Below are positions 43,385-57,904 of a stretch of DNA of 64,000 nt, piece after piece. The notes beneath the pieces are model-generated. The model was not told the DNA's origin and searched no databases. It saw only the letters and a program-made list of their open reading frames with translations. The DNA is from Nemertoderma westbladi. Its lineage: Eukaryota > Animalia > Xenacoelomorpha. The stretch is taken from contig JAUCBJ010007194.1 in the NCBI GenBank assembly GCA_032718475.1, positions 53,027-117,026 on the forward strand. Reading direction: 5' to 3'. The translations under genes were made by a program, and so were the position numbers. Each line of letters starts with the position of its first letter. Positions within the stretch are counted from its first letter, which is position 1.

Positions 43385-43916
43385 TATTGGATAACGCGAA
43401 AGCGATATCCATAAATGAAAACATTTATTGATGTAAAATCAACAAGGTACAATATATTGATGTAATAATAGGTAAAGATATGTTACTCACAATAAGTACA
43501 ACAGATATAGGAGTGCGGAATGTATAATGTGTAAATCAGCTGTAAGTACATAGAGTGGATTAGTGAACTGTACTAACCAAACACATTAACTGGCAATATA
43601 AGTACTAAAGATATAATTGGCAATATAAGGTCTAATATCATATTATTCTCTACAAACATGCTGCTTCTAGTGTTGGTCTTTATATTAACTCCAGAAAGAC
43701 CAAAATTTTGAAAGTTAACTTTGAAAGTCCTCAGCAAGTCTCTGACCGGATGAGCATAAGCTCAAAGGATGGTATGCTTGAGGACGACTTCTGTTAGCTG
43801 GGATCATGGATCCGGAAGTCAGGTGAGGACCTTCGAATACGTAAGGGAAAGGCATGGGCTGCCTTGGATATGCTTTCCAGGATGTGGAATTCACCGAGAA
43901 TTAATCGGAAACTTAA

Positions 43917-44248
43917 CCCTATTAGTACCGGGCTATAAAATGCTGTACAAATACCAGGGGGGGGGGGGGTCATATTGACCCTTCCCTCTAAAATCTATAA
44001 ATATTAACGAAAACGTCTGATTTTTTGTTTGTACGTAGGTATCACTAGTCTGGATCCGACCGAAAAAATGTTCGAAAAATTTTCGAAAAAATGTACTGGG
44101 GTGGTAATATTGCAGCACCAAAATTACAAGTAGTGCACAATTTTCACAAAATTTAAAAGTTACATTTTTCGGCTAATTGTTTTTCAATACAAGTTTTCTG
44201 GGGCGCAAAATACATTGGGAAATATTTAAAAATGATATGATTACCATA
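43917..44248. mobile_element. Left part of a piggyBac-like non-autonomous element, interrupted by B
   Basis: Begins CCCT immediately after a TTAA in the RTE sequence (the intact RTE reads AAACTTAAGGTCC). The other end is not in the window. Confidence 0.6.
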
Positions 44249-45419
44249 TGTTCGCGCTTTTAGACCTTTAGCAGTTTAACCTGCCAAATTTAGGTGTCTT
44301 CTAGGTTATAAATCGACTTTAGCCTATAACAAGTATTTGATACACATAAAGTTACATTAGCCGAAGCCTGCCTATGCGTGATCATTCACCCACGGTTAAG
44401 GGAGACTGGATTCGGATGCTCTGACCTTATTGCGGTGTAGGCCTACTGTACTATTCGATTGATCGTTAATATATAATCTCTGACAAATATTATTCACTTT
44501 CGGGAAATATTAACAGTTCCTTTAGGACGTGGCGCTCTAAGTATGTAAACAGAGTTATGACTTACACTAAACACAACGGGATGGCTATTGATTTACGTAT
44601 AAAGCGCATTCTTTAGGAAATGCTTTGTTATCTGTCACACTCATACACACTACCTCACACTGCTGCACACTGATCTGCCGACCTTCACTAAATTTGATCA
44701 TATATAAGGAGAACAGCAACTGACACATGTAGGGTCTATGAAATAGCATTCAATTCACTCCAAAACCACTATAATGTAAGTCGCAATTGCTATATGTAAC
44801 CGGTCTCTCTAACCTTCAGTATATCGAGAAGATTGGGCTTTTATGATTATTCATCGATATTCTCCAAATATAACAACATATCAATCAACTTCTAACAATT
44901 AATAACCGACAGTAAATAGCAGTAAAATAATGCGGTGAAAGGTAAGGTGAGTCTGGTATGCCAGGATAACAGTTATACGTTTCTATGATCAAAGCCGTTC
45001 TAATGTTTGGCTAAAGTCTGAAACACAGAATAATTCCAAAGCCGATGTTCTGGGCTCAGGAAAAAAGGTAAACAAAGACCATAATGCATTGCGCGATTTC
45101 CCGGAGGCTTCTGTGCAAATAAAATGAAAATCGCTCTGATTGGTCGAGTGAGTGAGCCTGAACAAAGAAAGCCAAAAGCTCCACGTCGACATATCAGCTG
45201 GTAGATGTCGTCATCTGAACTACACTGAATTAAGAGTATTTTGGCGTATTGCGGCATAAAATGGCTTGTTATGTCCGCTAAAGTACACATACAGAAAAAT
45301 GGCTTTTTATGTCCACTAAAACACCTACACAGTAAGAAAACGGCTTTTTATGTCCGCTAAAACACCTACAGAGTACTTTGCGGGAAAAATGACTAGCTAG
45401 ATCCGCAAAAGCCTTTACA
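44249..45419 (-). repeat. 3' LTR of B
   Basis: TGTTCGCGC...CCTTTACA on the plus strand, followed by the PPT complement CCGCTCCCA. Confidence 0.92.
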
Positions 45420-45497
45420 CCGCTCCCAGAAAATGGGATTTAATTCTATAAAATATAAAAAATCACAGTTTCTAAAATATAGAAATACTCTAAACAG

Positions 45498-47046
45498 TTA
45501 GTCTTTCTTGCGCGGACGGCGTTTACGCAGTTTTTTGAGGCTAGCAAGAGTCTTTTTCTCTTTGGGGCGAGCCACTTTACTAGGAGGGCTATAACTCCTG
45601 GGTGAAGGGTGCAATACAATTGCATCGGAAGGTTCAGGATTACGGTCGGTGTATCCGCCGTTCGAGGTACCCGTTGATCGGTATTAACCTCAGTGGAACG
45701 AGGTCGAACAACCTTGAGAGCGCGTTTTAAGACAGCAGCTCTTACTGGTCCCTGACGGGTCGTTTGCACGAGAGCGGTAGGTGGACCGTGTGTAGTGAGA
45801 AATTTCCTCGGTTTGATGATTCTTTCCAACTCGCGTTCTTGGGCTCTATCGGAATCGATATGCTTCTCCTCGAGCTGATTTTCCTCCGCTTGTCGTTGAA
45901 AGCATTCGTCCAAACTCTTGCAGGAAGTAGAGTCGTCCAAGTTCGATATCTTCTTATAGATTCTGGATTTCCTGATTGAACTGAGATAAAGCTAATTCGT
46001 TTACCGCTTGGACTTGCTGCTGCAATTTACGTTTCTCTAAACATTGTAGGTTCCTTTTCCGATCTTTTGACGAATAGTGTCCAACGCGTTTCGTACAACT
46101 CTCTCCTCCACCTCGGTGACAGGTTGTATCGGGTTAAACCGGGACGATGATACGGTTGAATGGCGATATTAGATGTCCGCGTCCCAATCCGTCTAGGTAA
46201 GATGGGCGAATATTTAGGGAGCCCACAACCGGAGTGCCACCGACTAATTGTTAGGATAACACTAGATCTTTGAACAGTGAGTACAGTTTGGGAGGATTCG
46301 TGATACTATTAGGATCAAGAGTCTGAGGTCTCACTAGGGAGTGAGGAGGTCTGACCGAGTATTCCAGAACTCTGATCATAGGTTTATTTAAGGATCGTTT
46401 GAGTCGAGCGAGCGTAGGTGATACATCGAACAAGTTTCGCTCGAAACTCCCGTAAATATAGCGAGTAAAACTGTGTTTAGAACAACGTCTCCGGGGATGT
46501 TTATGTCCTTCCGTTTGTTGGTTGAGTCTTGGGCATTCATCGCAATAATACCAAAGACGCATGTCTTGTAGGGGAAATGCGGGTGATATTTATTCGGTTT
46601 TACCATGTTTCTCTCAAGAATTTCAAATATACGTTGGAATTACCGCGTTTATCAGGTTCTTTAACGTCTTCTCTTTCGAGTCGATTTCGAATAGAATTTT
46701 CGCATTCGATTTTCAGTTTATCGTTCCGACTCCGCTGGGTAGGATATTTAAATAGGACCATTTCCCTTTCGGTGTCGACATCGTCCGTATCGTGTAAATC
46801 GATAGGATGACCAGTAGTTAAGAAGTCCATATGCGTACCATTACGATGCGTATAGTGAGCAGTGAATTTTTGATAGTCCAATTCACGAGTGAGTTGCTCC
46901 TGGGACATTGGCGGTTCGATATAACGACCATCGTCCTCCGTAGTAGTTGGACTAGCGTCGCCGCGTATTAAGCTATCAACAAATGCTTGCAACGGTAGAG
47001 TATATCGCTCCCTGATACCAAGATCATCTTCTATCAACTCAGTCAT
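45498..47046 (-). pseudogene. Best-preserved copy of the family-1 extra 3' ORF (~500 codons)
   Basis: Consecutive pieces 46600-47046, 46251-46562 and 45446-45940, with a basic C-terminus. Confidence 0.6.
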
Positions 47047-47100
47047 AGCTGCGATATGAGTTTATCAATATTATAATTAGTTACAATTAGGTTATAATTA

Positions 47101-48119
47101 CTGTTGACGGTGACACAGAACCATTTGAAGTGTTATGGGGCGTCCTCCAAGGAGACACACTTGCACCATTCTTGTTCATTATTGTGGTTGACTATGTTCT
47201 ACGCATGTCCTTAGATCATCATAATGATGATGGGGTGATGATAACTCCACCTACTGGCTCCAGAAGTCGAGGAAATCCTGCCAAGTACCTAACTGATCTA
47301 GACTTTGCTGATGACTTAGGAGTACTCTCAGAATCATTAGAGGGAGCCCAACGGCTCCTCAGCTCATTAGAACATGCTGCTTCTAGTGTTGGTCTTTTTA
47401 TTAACTCCAGAAAGACCAAAATTCTGACAGTTAACTTTGAAAGTCCACAGCAAGTCTCTGATCGGATGAGCATAAGCTCAAAGGATGGTATGCTTGAGCA
47501 TGTGGACGACTTCTGTTACCTGGGATCATGGATCCGGAAGTCAGGTGAGGACCTTCGAATACGTAAGGGAAAGGCATGGGCAGCCTTGAATAGGCTTTCC
47601 AGGATTTGGAAGTCACCGAGAATTAATCGGAAACTTAAGGTCCGATTATTTAGAGCAGCAGTAGTTCCAGTACTCCTCTATGGGAGTCCATGCTGGGCTC
47701 TAACTGCTGAGGACACCAAATCTCTGGATGGCACATTCACAAGAATGCTACGCCGGGTTCATTGTGTCAAGTACAATGCACACATCTCCAACCAGACACT
47801 ATATAACATTGGAGGTGTCTCATTGGTTCCCCCAAGCTTGACACTAGAACAAAATCGCCTCCGCTTTGCAGGACATTGCTTTCGCTGTGAGGACCAGCCA
47901 GTGCATAATCTTGTACTTTGGCAGCCTCATGGAGTGAATAAGCATGGTGGACAGCCCATGACTTTCTTGAGACGCATCTTAAAGGACACTGGCCTTAAAG
48001 ATGCGGATGATCTAGCAAATGTCATGGGTGATAGGGAGTTGTGGCGGTGCAATTTTGTTGACAAGCCGGCACAGCATTCTTAAAAATGCAGCTGCAACGC
48101 AGCATGCCGATCCTAGTAG
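47101..48119 (+). mobile_element. 5'-truncated RTE LINE inserted in B; open RT C-terminal ORF at 47130-48083
   Basis: Reads GVLQGDTLAPFLF, LDFADD, FCYLGS, VLLYGSPCW and RLRFAGHC. TAGTAG tail. TSD TATAATTA at 47093-47100 and 48120-48127. Confidence 0.95.
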
Positions 48120-49789
48120 TATAATTAGGCTAGCGGGCGTCGCTGCCTACCCCTCACGGCCCCCGGACAGCGCAAGATCCTCAGCGCTGATGTACTGTCG
48201 CCGCTGTGCCTATCGCCAACATAGTAGCTGCACAATGACAACAACAACCAGCGCGAGTCACTCCACTGTCCGTCCCAAGGGCTAAGATTTACTTCAGGTT
48301 CTTACTGCAGAGTTAGGGCTACTTTCACAATTGCGACTCGCTACTGTAAACACACTTTAGTAGTAACATTCACCTATAAACGCACAAATTCCACACAACT
48401 GTCACAAACCGCACACATTCGGGCCATTTGTCCTTTAGTCAAGTGCCTTCCAGAATGCCACGTTATTATTATGTATCCTTGGATACTAACAGTGTGCTAT
48501 TTATTCCTTATGCTATTCAATGGGGCAAGCTTTATTGTTCTTTTAACTCACTTCTAATTCTAGCGTGGTTGTTGCCATGGTGACATTATGGAAAGCTAGC
48601 AGTAGAATTAGGGTAATTCTCATGCATACAGATCTGGGATGCTATTTAATAGTAATTCTTTAATTGTCAATATTCCTCTTTATACATGATTTTATGAATT
48701 TTATCGGCTATTGACTATATATTGGAGATTCTCGCACACTAATATACTTAATAGGGTGAATCTCCGCTCCCATGATCTATTAATTAATGGAATTTTTGGA
48801 ATGTTATAAATTGTATAAAAATGACAATTTATCAAATTCATTAAAAGATATGAATTTAAATTTATTCCCGTAAATTTTATTATATATCATTAAAACAGAC
48901 ACAATTTTATTCCAGAGCATGTCTGGGATCTAGGATCCTTAATTCTAGGAATTTGTCCTTTTAAGAGTATCGGTAAGTGATACGATATCTTAATCGGCTA
49001 GAATTTTAAAGGATCTAAAATTTAACAGATTTTAATATATAGATTTTCTAGATTTAACTTGTAAGTAGTTACTCTATTGTATTTATTTGACAGATTTTAC
49101 AAATATTAATAGTTAATATTTAAGAAGGGCACCGGTTTATTCCAGAACATGTCTGGGGACGTTAACCATTGATTCTAGAATTTTGTCTTTCAAGTATATC
49201 GGTGGGTGCCGCGATATCTTAATCGACTAGAATTACAGATGGTCAAAGGGTTTAACAGATTTATTTTGCGTTTTACGCTACTGTTAAAGGGACATCACGG
49301 TACTATATGTATTATTTAATATACGGTATGAGAGCAATATTGCAAGAAGCAATGTCAGTGAGAAGAGGCAAGTCGTTTCCAAGGTCTACCCAGAGCTTGG
49401 TTTAGCTGAGACACGAGGATCTGAACTTTGCATTCCTAATACTCTACTTACCAATAATACTTAATATAGTAGGAGCTTTATTGTACTTTAATAAGTACGG
49501 ACATTTCATCTTACTGTAGTCACGTATTTATAATATGATACGGACAGTAAGGAAAGAGAAAAAGAATTATTTCTCGCCGTTGCACTAAATATATATTATA
49601 ATATAAGTAAGTAAGTAATAAACACTAATATATATTGCACTAATCTACTAAATAATCGCTAAAATAACATTCTACTAAATAAAATTAAAGAAAACGATTA
49701 TAATAAAATTACATAATAATACATACATAAATATAAAATAATAAAAAAAATTATAAAATAATATAGTCACACACCCACTCCAGACGCTG

Positions 49790-52700
49790 TTACGTTGGGG
49801 AGTCCCTAGATGTTTGTTGGATTAGGGAGGTGGTCGTGGGAAGAGTATCTTGCCTTCCATAGTTTCCGGAGAGTTCTCTGTCTCTTTCCAGTAAACATAA
49901 ACGACCAACTGGGTGATTGAGCTGCTGCGTCTCGAAGACAATTCCCGGTTTCTTAAAGTTACGTCGCATGACGACGAGTTCTACTGATCGCACTAAACCA
50001 TCATCCGAGATATGAGTCTCGATGATACGACCTGTCTACCACCGCTTAAGTGGAAGATCTGAATCCACAATAAGGACCATGTCTCCGGTGCTGACGTTTT
50101 CTTGCTGCGCAAACCACTTAGTTCGAAGTTGTAGCGTAGGCAGATAATGTTTTTCGAAATGGTCAGCGAAACGACGGGATAACAACTGCATAAGTTGCCA
50201 AGTTTGCCGGCAGTATTCGTCTCCGTCCGTGATTTCCGATCGTGGGAGCATGGCTACAGGTTTCTTCAGTAGGAAGTGTGCGGGTGTTAGCGCTTCCAGG
50301 GAATCGGGACTCGATGAGACTGGCATAAGCGGTCTCTCGTTGAGATAGGCGGCGATTTCCTCCATTAACGTCCGCAAAAGTTCGTCGGTGAGATACGCGC
50401 GGCATGGCACTATAAAGTGAAATGCGGTCTTCACGCTTCTGATTAATCTCTCCCAACTTCCTCCCCACCAAGGGGCGTCGGCGCCGTTAAAGGTCCAGCT
50501 AGACGCTGTTACCCTTAGCTGATCGTCCACCTGTCTTTGGTTCCAATCTTTGACGTAAGCCTTGATTTCATTGTTGGCACCAATGAAGTTCGTTCCCTTA
50601 TCAGATCTCATCGTATTACTAGTTCCAAAGCGAGCGATCTGTTGGCGTAAGCTCAGTATAAAGCTGTTGGTAGATAGATCGTTCACCATATCGAGATGGA
50701 TAGCTCTACAAGTCATACAGACAAAGATGACACACCATCTCTTGACTATAGTCCTAGCACGATATACTTCAATAGGGCCAAATAAATCCACACCGGTATT
50801 AGTAAAGGGTGGTTCATAGAAGCTTACACATTCCCTAGGTAATTCTGCCTCTCGCTGTGTTAAAGGCCTACTGAATACTTTCCTACAGGGTATGCAGTTC
50901 CTAAGAACTTGGTTCAGAGCTCTACGGGGTTTATGAAAATAATAGCGAGTTCGAATTTCGCTAAGAACTCATTCTCTACCAGCATGGTAAAGCTTACTGT
51001 GAACATCTACAATCATCTTGATTTGTATTTCAAGATTTCTAATGAGTATGGGAAACTTAGTGTCAAAGGATAATGGGGCATTAGTTAGTCTTGTTCCAAC
51101 ACGTATCAACCCATCTATCATTGTGCTAGAGAAACGATCCCTTAAGCGCATCTGTGGATTTCTCAACAACAGGAAATACTTATCGGAATCCTCATAGCAT
51201 TGCAGGAGTCTCAGTATCTTCTTATTGGTTTCTTCATGCTCCTGGTAGCTGATTTTCTCCTTCAGAAATCTTTCTGATATCTTGTATTTGGGAAGATCTT
51301 TAACAACATGGACGTGCGCAGATGTCGGTGGAGCGGTATCACTAGCGATCTTTGTCCTGGAGTAGTGATGATGAAAACATCGCTTTAAATAAGCAACGGC
51401 CTTACAAAGTCGATTCCAGGAGCTATAGTGATGTATCGCTCTCTGCAGGAGTGGTGAGAGTCCCTGCGAGACGTCTGGCGTTCCAGATTTCCAATCTCTC
51501 TCTCTGATTTCCACGACAGACTTATTAGTGGCGGGGAATTGTGGATCCAAAGCATCGTCTCCGGAAATGTGTAGTACAGACAGATCTATCACGGGTTTAA
51601 ATAACTTCGATTTACTCGCCTGGGTTTTAGGTTTGACTTTCTCCGCTCCCTTGGCTTGTCTAATCTCAGCCGTGGTAAGATGATGAGGCCATTCATCCTC
51701 TTCCTTGCTTAGGAAGTCGGGTCCACCTAACCAGTCTGGAGTATCTATCAGTTCCTGTGGAGTGGCTCCTCTGGAGGCGATGTCGGCTGGATTAATCGTC
51801 CCGGGGCAATGTCTCCATTGATCTATCTACGTACGACTAAGTATAATGGCTACTCTGTTGGTAACGAAGACGCTGAACTGACAGACTTCATTGGTGATAT
51901 ACTCCAACACGAGTAAAGCATCGGTCCAATAGACAGTTTTCTCCAGTGGATAGTCTATCTGTTCTGTTACATTCCTGCCGATGGCTGTAGCGTATAGAGC
52001 CGCTTTTAACTCCGCTCGAGGAACTTTCAACTTATTGTTTATCAAGGCCTTAGAGGTAACTAAGGCGACCTTAATTCCATCCGGAGTTTCAACCCTCAGG
52101 TAGGCTACTATACCTATTCCCATGTCGCTGGCATCTCCAAACACATGGAGTTGATAGGAATACGTGGGGAGAACGTGACCAAAATATGAACGGGAAATTA
52201 TAAAGTTCTCGATGGATGGCAGAGAATCTTCCCATTTCATCCACTTCTTTAAAAGTTCTCCCTTAAGTGGATCGTCCCATGAGTGGTTTTCAAGCCACAT
52301 TTGTTGTACTAAACTCCGAGCAATCAATATAACTGGGCTAATAAATCCCAATGGATCGAAATAAGTGCTCAGGATACTTAGACAAATCCGTTTAGTCCGA
52401 ATTGGATTATCTCGCTGTTTTAGCTGGAAAAACAGGATATCTCTCTCTGTGTCCCATTTCAAACCAAGAGTCTTGGTTTCTGGAAGATCGTCCTTGATAA
52501 GGTGTAGATCTTTAACTCCTCGGTCTTCTACCGGGATCGATTCCAGAAATTCACGGAATTTGCTGGTGAATTTAGTTAATCGAAATCCACCTCTTTTCAA
52601 GCACTCTACCGTTCCTTTGGCGACATCAATGGCTTCTTCCACCGATGGGAGGGACTTTAAATTGTCGTCCATGTATATATCTCGTTTGATGTTGTCGATA

Positions 52701-55700
52701 ACTTCTTTGGAGAAGGCGTCCCGGTTGTCATCAGCAGTGGTACGCACTACTGAGCAGGTGTTTGAAGGGCTCGAGATGATCCCAAAAGCCTGGATGGTCA
52801 TCCAGTACTCGACCGGTTTCTGGTTGAGATCTCCTTCAGGCCACCACAGAAATCGTAGGCTGTCTCAATCCCTATCCAGCGCCTTAACTTGTAAGAACAT
52901 GCCTTCTATATCGGAAGCGAAAGCGATATTGTCATAATCTTAAGAGTATTCCCAACAAGGATTGGAGTAAGTTGGGTCCCGGCAACAACTCGGAGTTAAG
53001 GGATTGGTTCATGTAGAGGGCGGAGCCGTCAAATACTACCAGGACTTCATTGGGTTTACCGGGTTTGGGAACGTAATGATGTGTTAGATAGTACGTTATC
53101 TCAGTTATGGGAGTTTCTTCCGGTACTCGCTCCGCATATCCCTTGTCAATGAATTTCTTCAGCTGGGTCTTGTACATCTCCTTAGCTGAAGCATTTGCCG
53201 TAAGGCGTCGATGTAGTTGCGCAATTCTCTTCTCCGCCAAGGGTCGGTTGTTTATAAAATTGGGTTCTCGCCGTCGGAAAGGCAGACCAATCTCATATCT
53301 ACCTTGATCTTTAAGAAAACGTGTAGTTGTTTCCTGTATCTGCTTGGCTCTTTCTTCTTCTACCGATAGGGCCTTATCGTAGGAATTGGGCTCTACAGCC
53401 TCTTGAGTAAAGAATCGTACGGCGTGTTCATCACGAGTCTTCGCGTTATAGCGATCTATCACTTCATTCAGTTCGTCGTTGTAATCAACTTGTCCAGCTG
53501 GATGAATGAGGTGACATAAGTTCACTTGGTTTTGCCAAGTTTCATTTTCCGTAAGGAGGTCGATGGTATTCTCCTCGTCGAAGAGTTGGTGGATATCGTC
53601 ATTATCTGAGGAGTATGGTGTTCCCTCAGGTGGGTCGTCTCCCTCACTGGTCTCCTCTTCCCATTCACTCACCTGGTAGACTCGTTCTTTGGGTAGCCTT
53701 TCCATGAGAGTTCTACGGGAAGGTCCAGTAAAGTACCAACCTACTCTAGTTCTTCCCGCATAGGTTTGTAGTGGTTGCGGTTGAGCAGGCCGTTTCTCCA
53801 ATGTCTCAAGCGCCTCATGCGCATTTTGGCCGATGAGTATTTGCACTCCAGGGTAATCTGTGTTGAATCTAGGTATCTTATGCTGCTGGGTGAAATCGTC
53901 CTCATCCCAGTTATAAGGTTCCACTTGGCTGGTAGCGAAGTTCTTTATCGCCACCATTTTTACTGACCTTATACTGTGTTCTCCTAGTTCATCCTGGGGG
54001 GTGGACAACGCGCCTACATAGTAATCTGTAGTTACTGTAGATTCCCAAACCTGCATAATTCCTGACATGTTCAACTTAGTTCGGAACTTGGGTTGTCCAG
54101 AAAAGAAGTCTTCGGCTAGTTCTTTGTCGATGAATGTTCCTGTGCTGCCGGAGTCAAGGAGGGCGTTCACTATATAGCTCTTTGCTGACCCGTGGACTCT
54201 CAACTGCACTACGGGAAATTCTCGGATTCCTACGTTGGAAGTTGGTGCTTTCCAAGATGGTTGTCGGTCAGGAGTAGTTAGGGGGAGCTCACTATCTGTT
54301 TCCTTCTCATACGTAAGTGCTCGATACACTGCGGTATTTATTAGGTAACAGGATTCGTTTTCGTCGGAGAATTCATCCGTATAGAATCCTTCCATTTCAG
54401 AACTTTCAGAACTTTGGTCAGTGTCGTTCACATCACTGAATTGGACATGTAGTTCAGACTCACTTACCTGACTCGGGCTGTTTCTTTTGAATTCAGTGTG
54501 CAACAAAATGTGATGTTTCGCGCCGCACTTAGCACACCTTGCGTCGGAGTAACAGGTTCGCCATTGGTGTCCTTGTCTGAGGCAATTATAACACAACCGC
54601 TTATCCCACATGACTTCACGTCTATCTTTTAGAGATTTCTTTAAAAATTCATCACACACACTTAAACGGTGGGGCCCGTCGCACAGCACACATTTTGGTT
54701 TGATGTTACTTACTTTACCTTGGGTAACGTTGTGCACTCTCGTTCTTTCCTCGGGCTTTCTTCTGTGAACTCTCTTAGGAGACGTAGGAGGAGTTTTTGT
54801 TACCTGTTCTCTCCTGTCATTGGTTCGAGACTTAAATTTACTTACGTCTTTAGGCGCTTTGTTGACATCGTAAGATCTTTCAGTGTCTTTCCCGCTGTCC
54901 TCCTCTTGAGAAGCCTGGCTTTCGCCGTCGTCTGTATAACACACTGGCGTTACCTTTCTCCTAGAAACGGGTTTCTCACTTACCTTATTTTCCGGTGTCT
55001 TCTCTCTGGACTGCTTTAGGAGCTGTAATTTTACCTCTCCATCTAAGAATGACATGAGATCAGCCATGGTAGGGTCTCTTCGTCTTTGTTCCATCATATA
55101 TAACACTTTCTTGTCCCAGCGTATACCTACTCCACCCTTTGGTAAAGTAGAGGCCATGGCTCCAATAACCATAGAACTCTGATATTCATGAGACTTACCT
55201 AGCCAATCTAATTGTCTACAGATCTCCTGAATCTCATCGGAAAACTCTATAATCCCGCTGCAAATGAACTTTCGGGGCGCTACCAATTTTGCATACAAAT
55301 ACCTAGCTATGTTATTCCTATTACCATACCTGATGTTTAGTGTATTCCAAACTTGTCTTAATCCATCTGGATGTCCAATAAACTTTAACGGCATTAACTT
55401 GGGAGATCCTTCCAAGCACTCGATGAGGAATCTAAGTTTCTCTCCATTAGATAGCACAGAGTTCTGTATGTTATCTTTATAATATTCATTAAAAGGTAAC
55501 CATTTCATCTCATCTCCATTGAACTTGACGATCTCTCCCACTTTTACCGCTTGACGGGCTTCGGTTCTAGCCATTTGACGCGTAAAACTTTCTTGGGCCA
55601 TCGTATTATTTAATATCGAGTTATCGGTATATAAATTTCTCGGATTATGATCAGGTCTATATGGAATATCATTTTCAACAGGTTTATAATTACCCTTAAT

Positions 55701-57904
55701 AGGGTTTACTATAGGAGTTTCTACTTCACTAGCAGTATAGATGCGTGTAGGCTCCACACCTTGCGCATGAAATACTTCCGACCTAACAGGTTGACACATT
55801 GTTACAAGGGGTGGTGGTATACCCTTTTGTGTATTTACTAATTTATCGCGTTCTAACGCGATACTCTGCTGCACTTCTTGCAACTCTAACCTACTTTCCC
55901 TTACTGTTCCCTTGAACTGTTGAACAGTCTCCTGCATCTGCACGAGCAGGAGATCCATCCCCCGCCGTCCCTCATCCACCCACTCGACCGCCAAAGCGGG
56001 AACCGCCAACATAGTAGCGGGTAGACGAGGGACAACGGGCGACAAATCGTTAATATTTCTCTCGGAGTCCAGGACAGGAACTGTCTCAGGGGCGGTTCTG
56101 CTGGGCACAGGTAGTTTAGTGCTGTGCAAAGGGAATTTAGAGGTAGGTTCTGGGAGTACAGGTGTCTCTATCACCGAAGGGGTGGCTTCAAGAACAGGCC
56201 TAATTATTTCAGGCTCATCTACTATAGTAGGGATTCTTTCTACTCTAATAATTTGGTCTGTGTGTTCTTTACTACCTAAGTCTGTGCTAGCTAGTTGCCT
56301 TCTCACAGCTGGGCGCAAATCAGGCAATTTCTGACGGTGGGGCATTCTTCTACGCCTGCTGGTAGAAGATCTATTTCCTCCGCCTTCAGGATCTGTTGTA
56401 TCGCCTTCATCCGATGATGTAAAGCCCTGTCGCTTGGGGGTGGATCGACTTATCAGCTGCATCTGACTAGCTGTTATCTGTTTATTTAAGTAGTCTTGCT
56501 TCTCTTGAAGATTTTCCAACTCTAGTTGGGTTATCTCTTCAGATGCCTTCCGTTCTGCTTCTACCACTGCCTCCGCCGCAGTTCTTTCGGCTTCTGCCGC
56601 TGCCGCTTTTCTTTCTGCCTCTGCCACTGTCGCTTTTCTTTCTGCCTCTGCCGCTGCCGCTTTTCTTTCTGCCTCTGCCACTGCAGCCTTTCTTTTCACT
56701 TCTGCTGCTGCTGCTGTTGCTGCCTTTCAGTTTTCTATTTGTTTTTTCTTTAATTGTTCTTCCTGTTCCCTAACGATGCGGATTCTTTCATCAAATTTAG
56801 CTCGATCCGCTTCTAACCTTTCCGCATCTATTGCGTCCAACACAAACTTGGCTCCTTCACTATTAGGGCGAAGTCCAGCCAGCCGTCTCCTCAACTCTTC
56901 GTCTCCTACAAATCGTTGATAGTCTGACAGATAGATGTCAATAGTGTCCTTCTTCTGCGGTTTCTCTGCTGTCGCTTCGCTTTCCACTTGAGAAAAGGTA
57001 GCGTCTGTTGATTCTCCATGGGTTGAGCGCTCAGCCAGCTGAGATTTCCACTGGGCCGTTCCTTGAACCTTGAGACCCACCCGCTGGAACCAAGTCTTTA
57101 CGGCAACTTGCAACGAAGTGTGTCTTGTCTTCTTTTCGAAGCTTCCTCAACGGCCGATAGGATTAGTCTGATTCTTAGAATTCTTTCTCTAACTTGATAA
57201 AGCAGCTCTCCCTACTCTTGAGGTCCTTGGGGTTGTTGAAACAGTTGTTCCTCTAATCGCTCCAAAGAGCTGAAGAATCCCTGTACGTATCCTGCTGCCG
57301 ACCTCTTCCACACAGCAGGATCACTAGTGTCTTTTGTCACTCCCATCTTGTATAAGTCCTCCCAGGCAGCTTCCGATAAGTTAAACGGGAGTCCGGGTCC
57401 GGGGAAGTTCCATTGCGTCTCGACAATAGACTTCAGTTCCTCCCTTGTGTATCCTGCATAACTGTCCTTGGTCGATCGCTTACTTCTCCCCCAATCGATT
57501 TGGTTTTCCTCCACCGCAATCATTACCCTAGTGAGTACGGCTGCAGGAAGAATGAGAAGGGGATCCGAATAAACTGCATCTGCCATCTTTGCTCCGCGCT
57601 CGGGTGTCAGCTCTACAGTATCCGAACTACTGGAGCTATTGGGCCGCTGAGAAATAAGTTCTCGGCTCGAGTGTTGCTGCTGTTTAACAGCTGCTTCTTG
57701 ATCCCGCTTGACTTGAGCCCGAGTGCCTATGATAGACCTACGGTGTTGGACTAGCCTAGGGTCTGATACTACTACTGGAGGGATGACCTTTCTTGCAGTA
57801 GGAGGGGAGTTGAACTTCGGTCTCAAACGTTCCGCACTCCTATCTGGATCACAGATGGTTGTATCTAGGAGACTGTCTGACAGGTTTTGCTTTGTGTCAG
57901 ACAT
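49790..57904 (-). pseudogene. Bel/Pao gag-pol of B with several stops and frameshifts
   Basis: Gag and PR as in A. RT (IYMDD), RH (LHVFGDAS..VPRAEL) and IN (DLFGP..SDKGTNF..WERLIRSVK). Confidence 0.95.

Larger units (their letters stand above)
39827..43654 (-). mobile_element. Bel/Pao element E (family 3): young, non-autonomous, gag-only
   Basis: 270-bp LTRs at 39827-40096 and 43385-43654 (one difference seen). TSD AACAT at 39822-39826 and 43655-43659. PPT AAGGGGGCGG. Confidence 0.95.
38755..43916 (+). mobile_element. Degraded RTE LINE, split by element E and cut at 43916 by a TTAA-site element
   Basis: Reads ASGIDGVPPEVFK, AAKLYNKILLN..QNGFRK, VFVDFFKAFDSV, GVLNGDT. Resumes at 43655. Homologous to 47101-48119. 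Confidence 0.9.

Noticed and set aside
45446-47046. Envelope gene in the 3' region of either family
   Set aside because: No signal peptide, transmembrane anchor or fusion-protein Cys pattern is visible.
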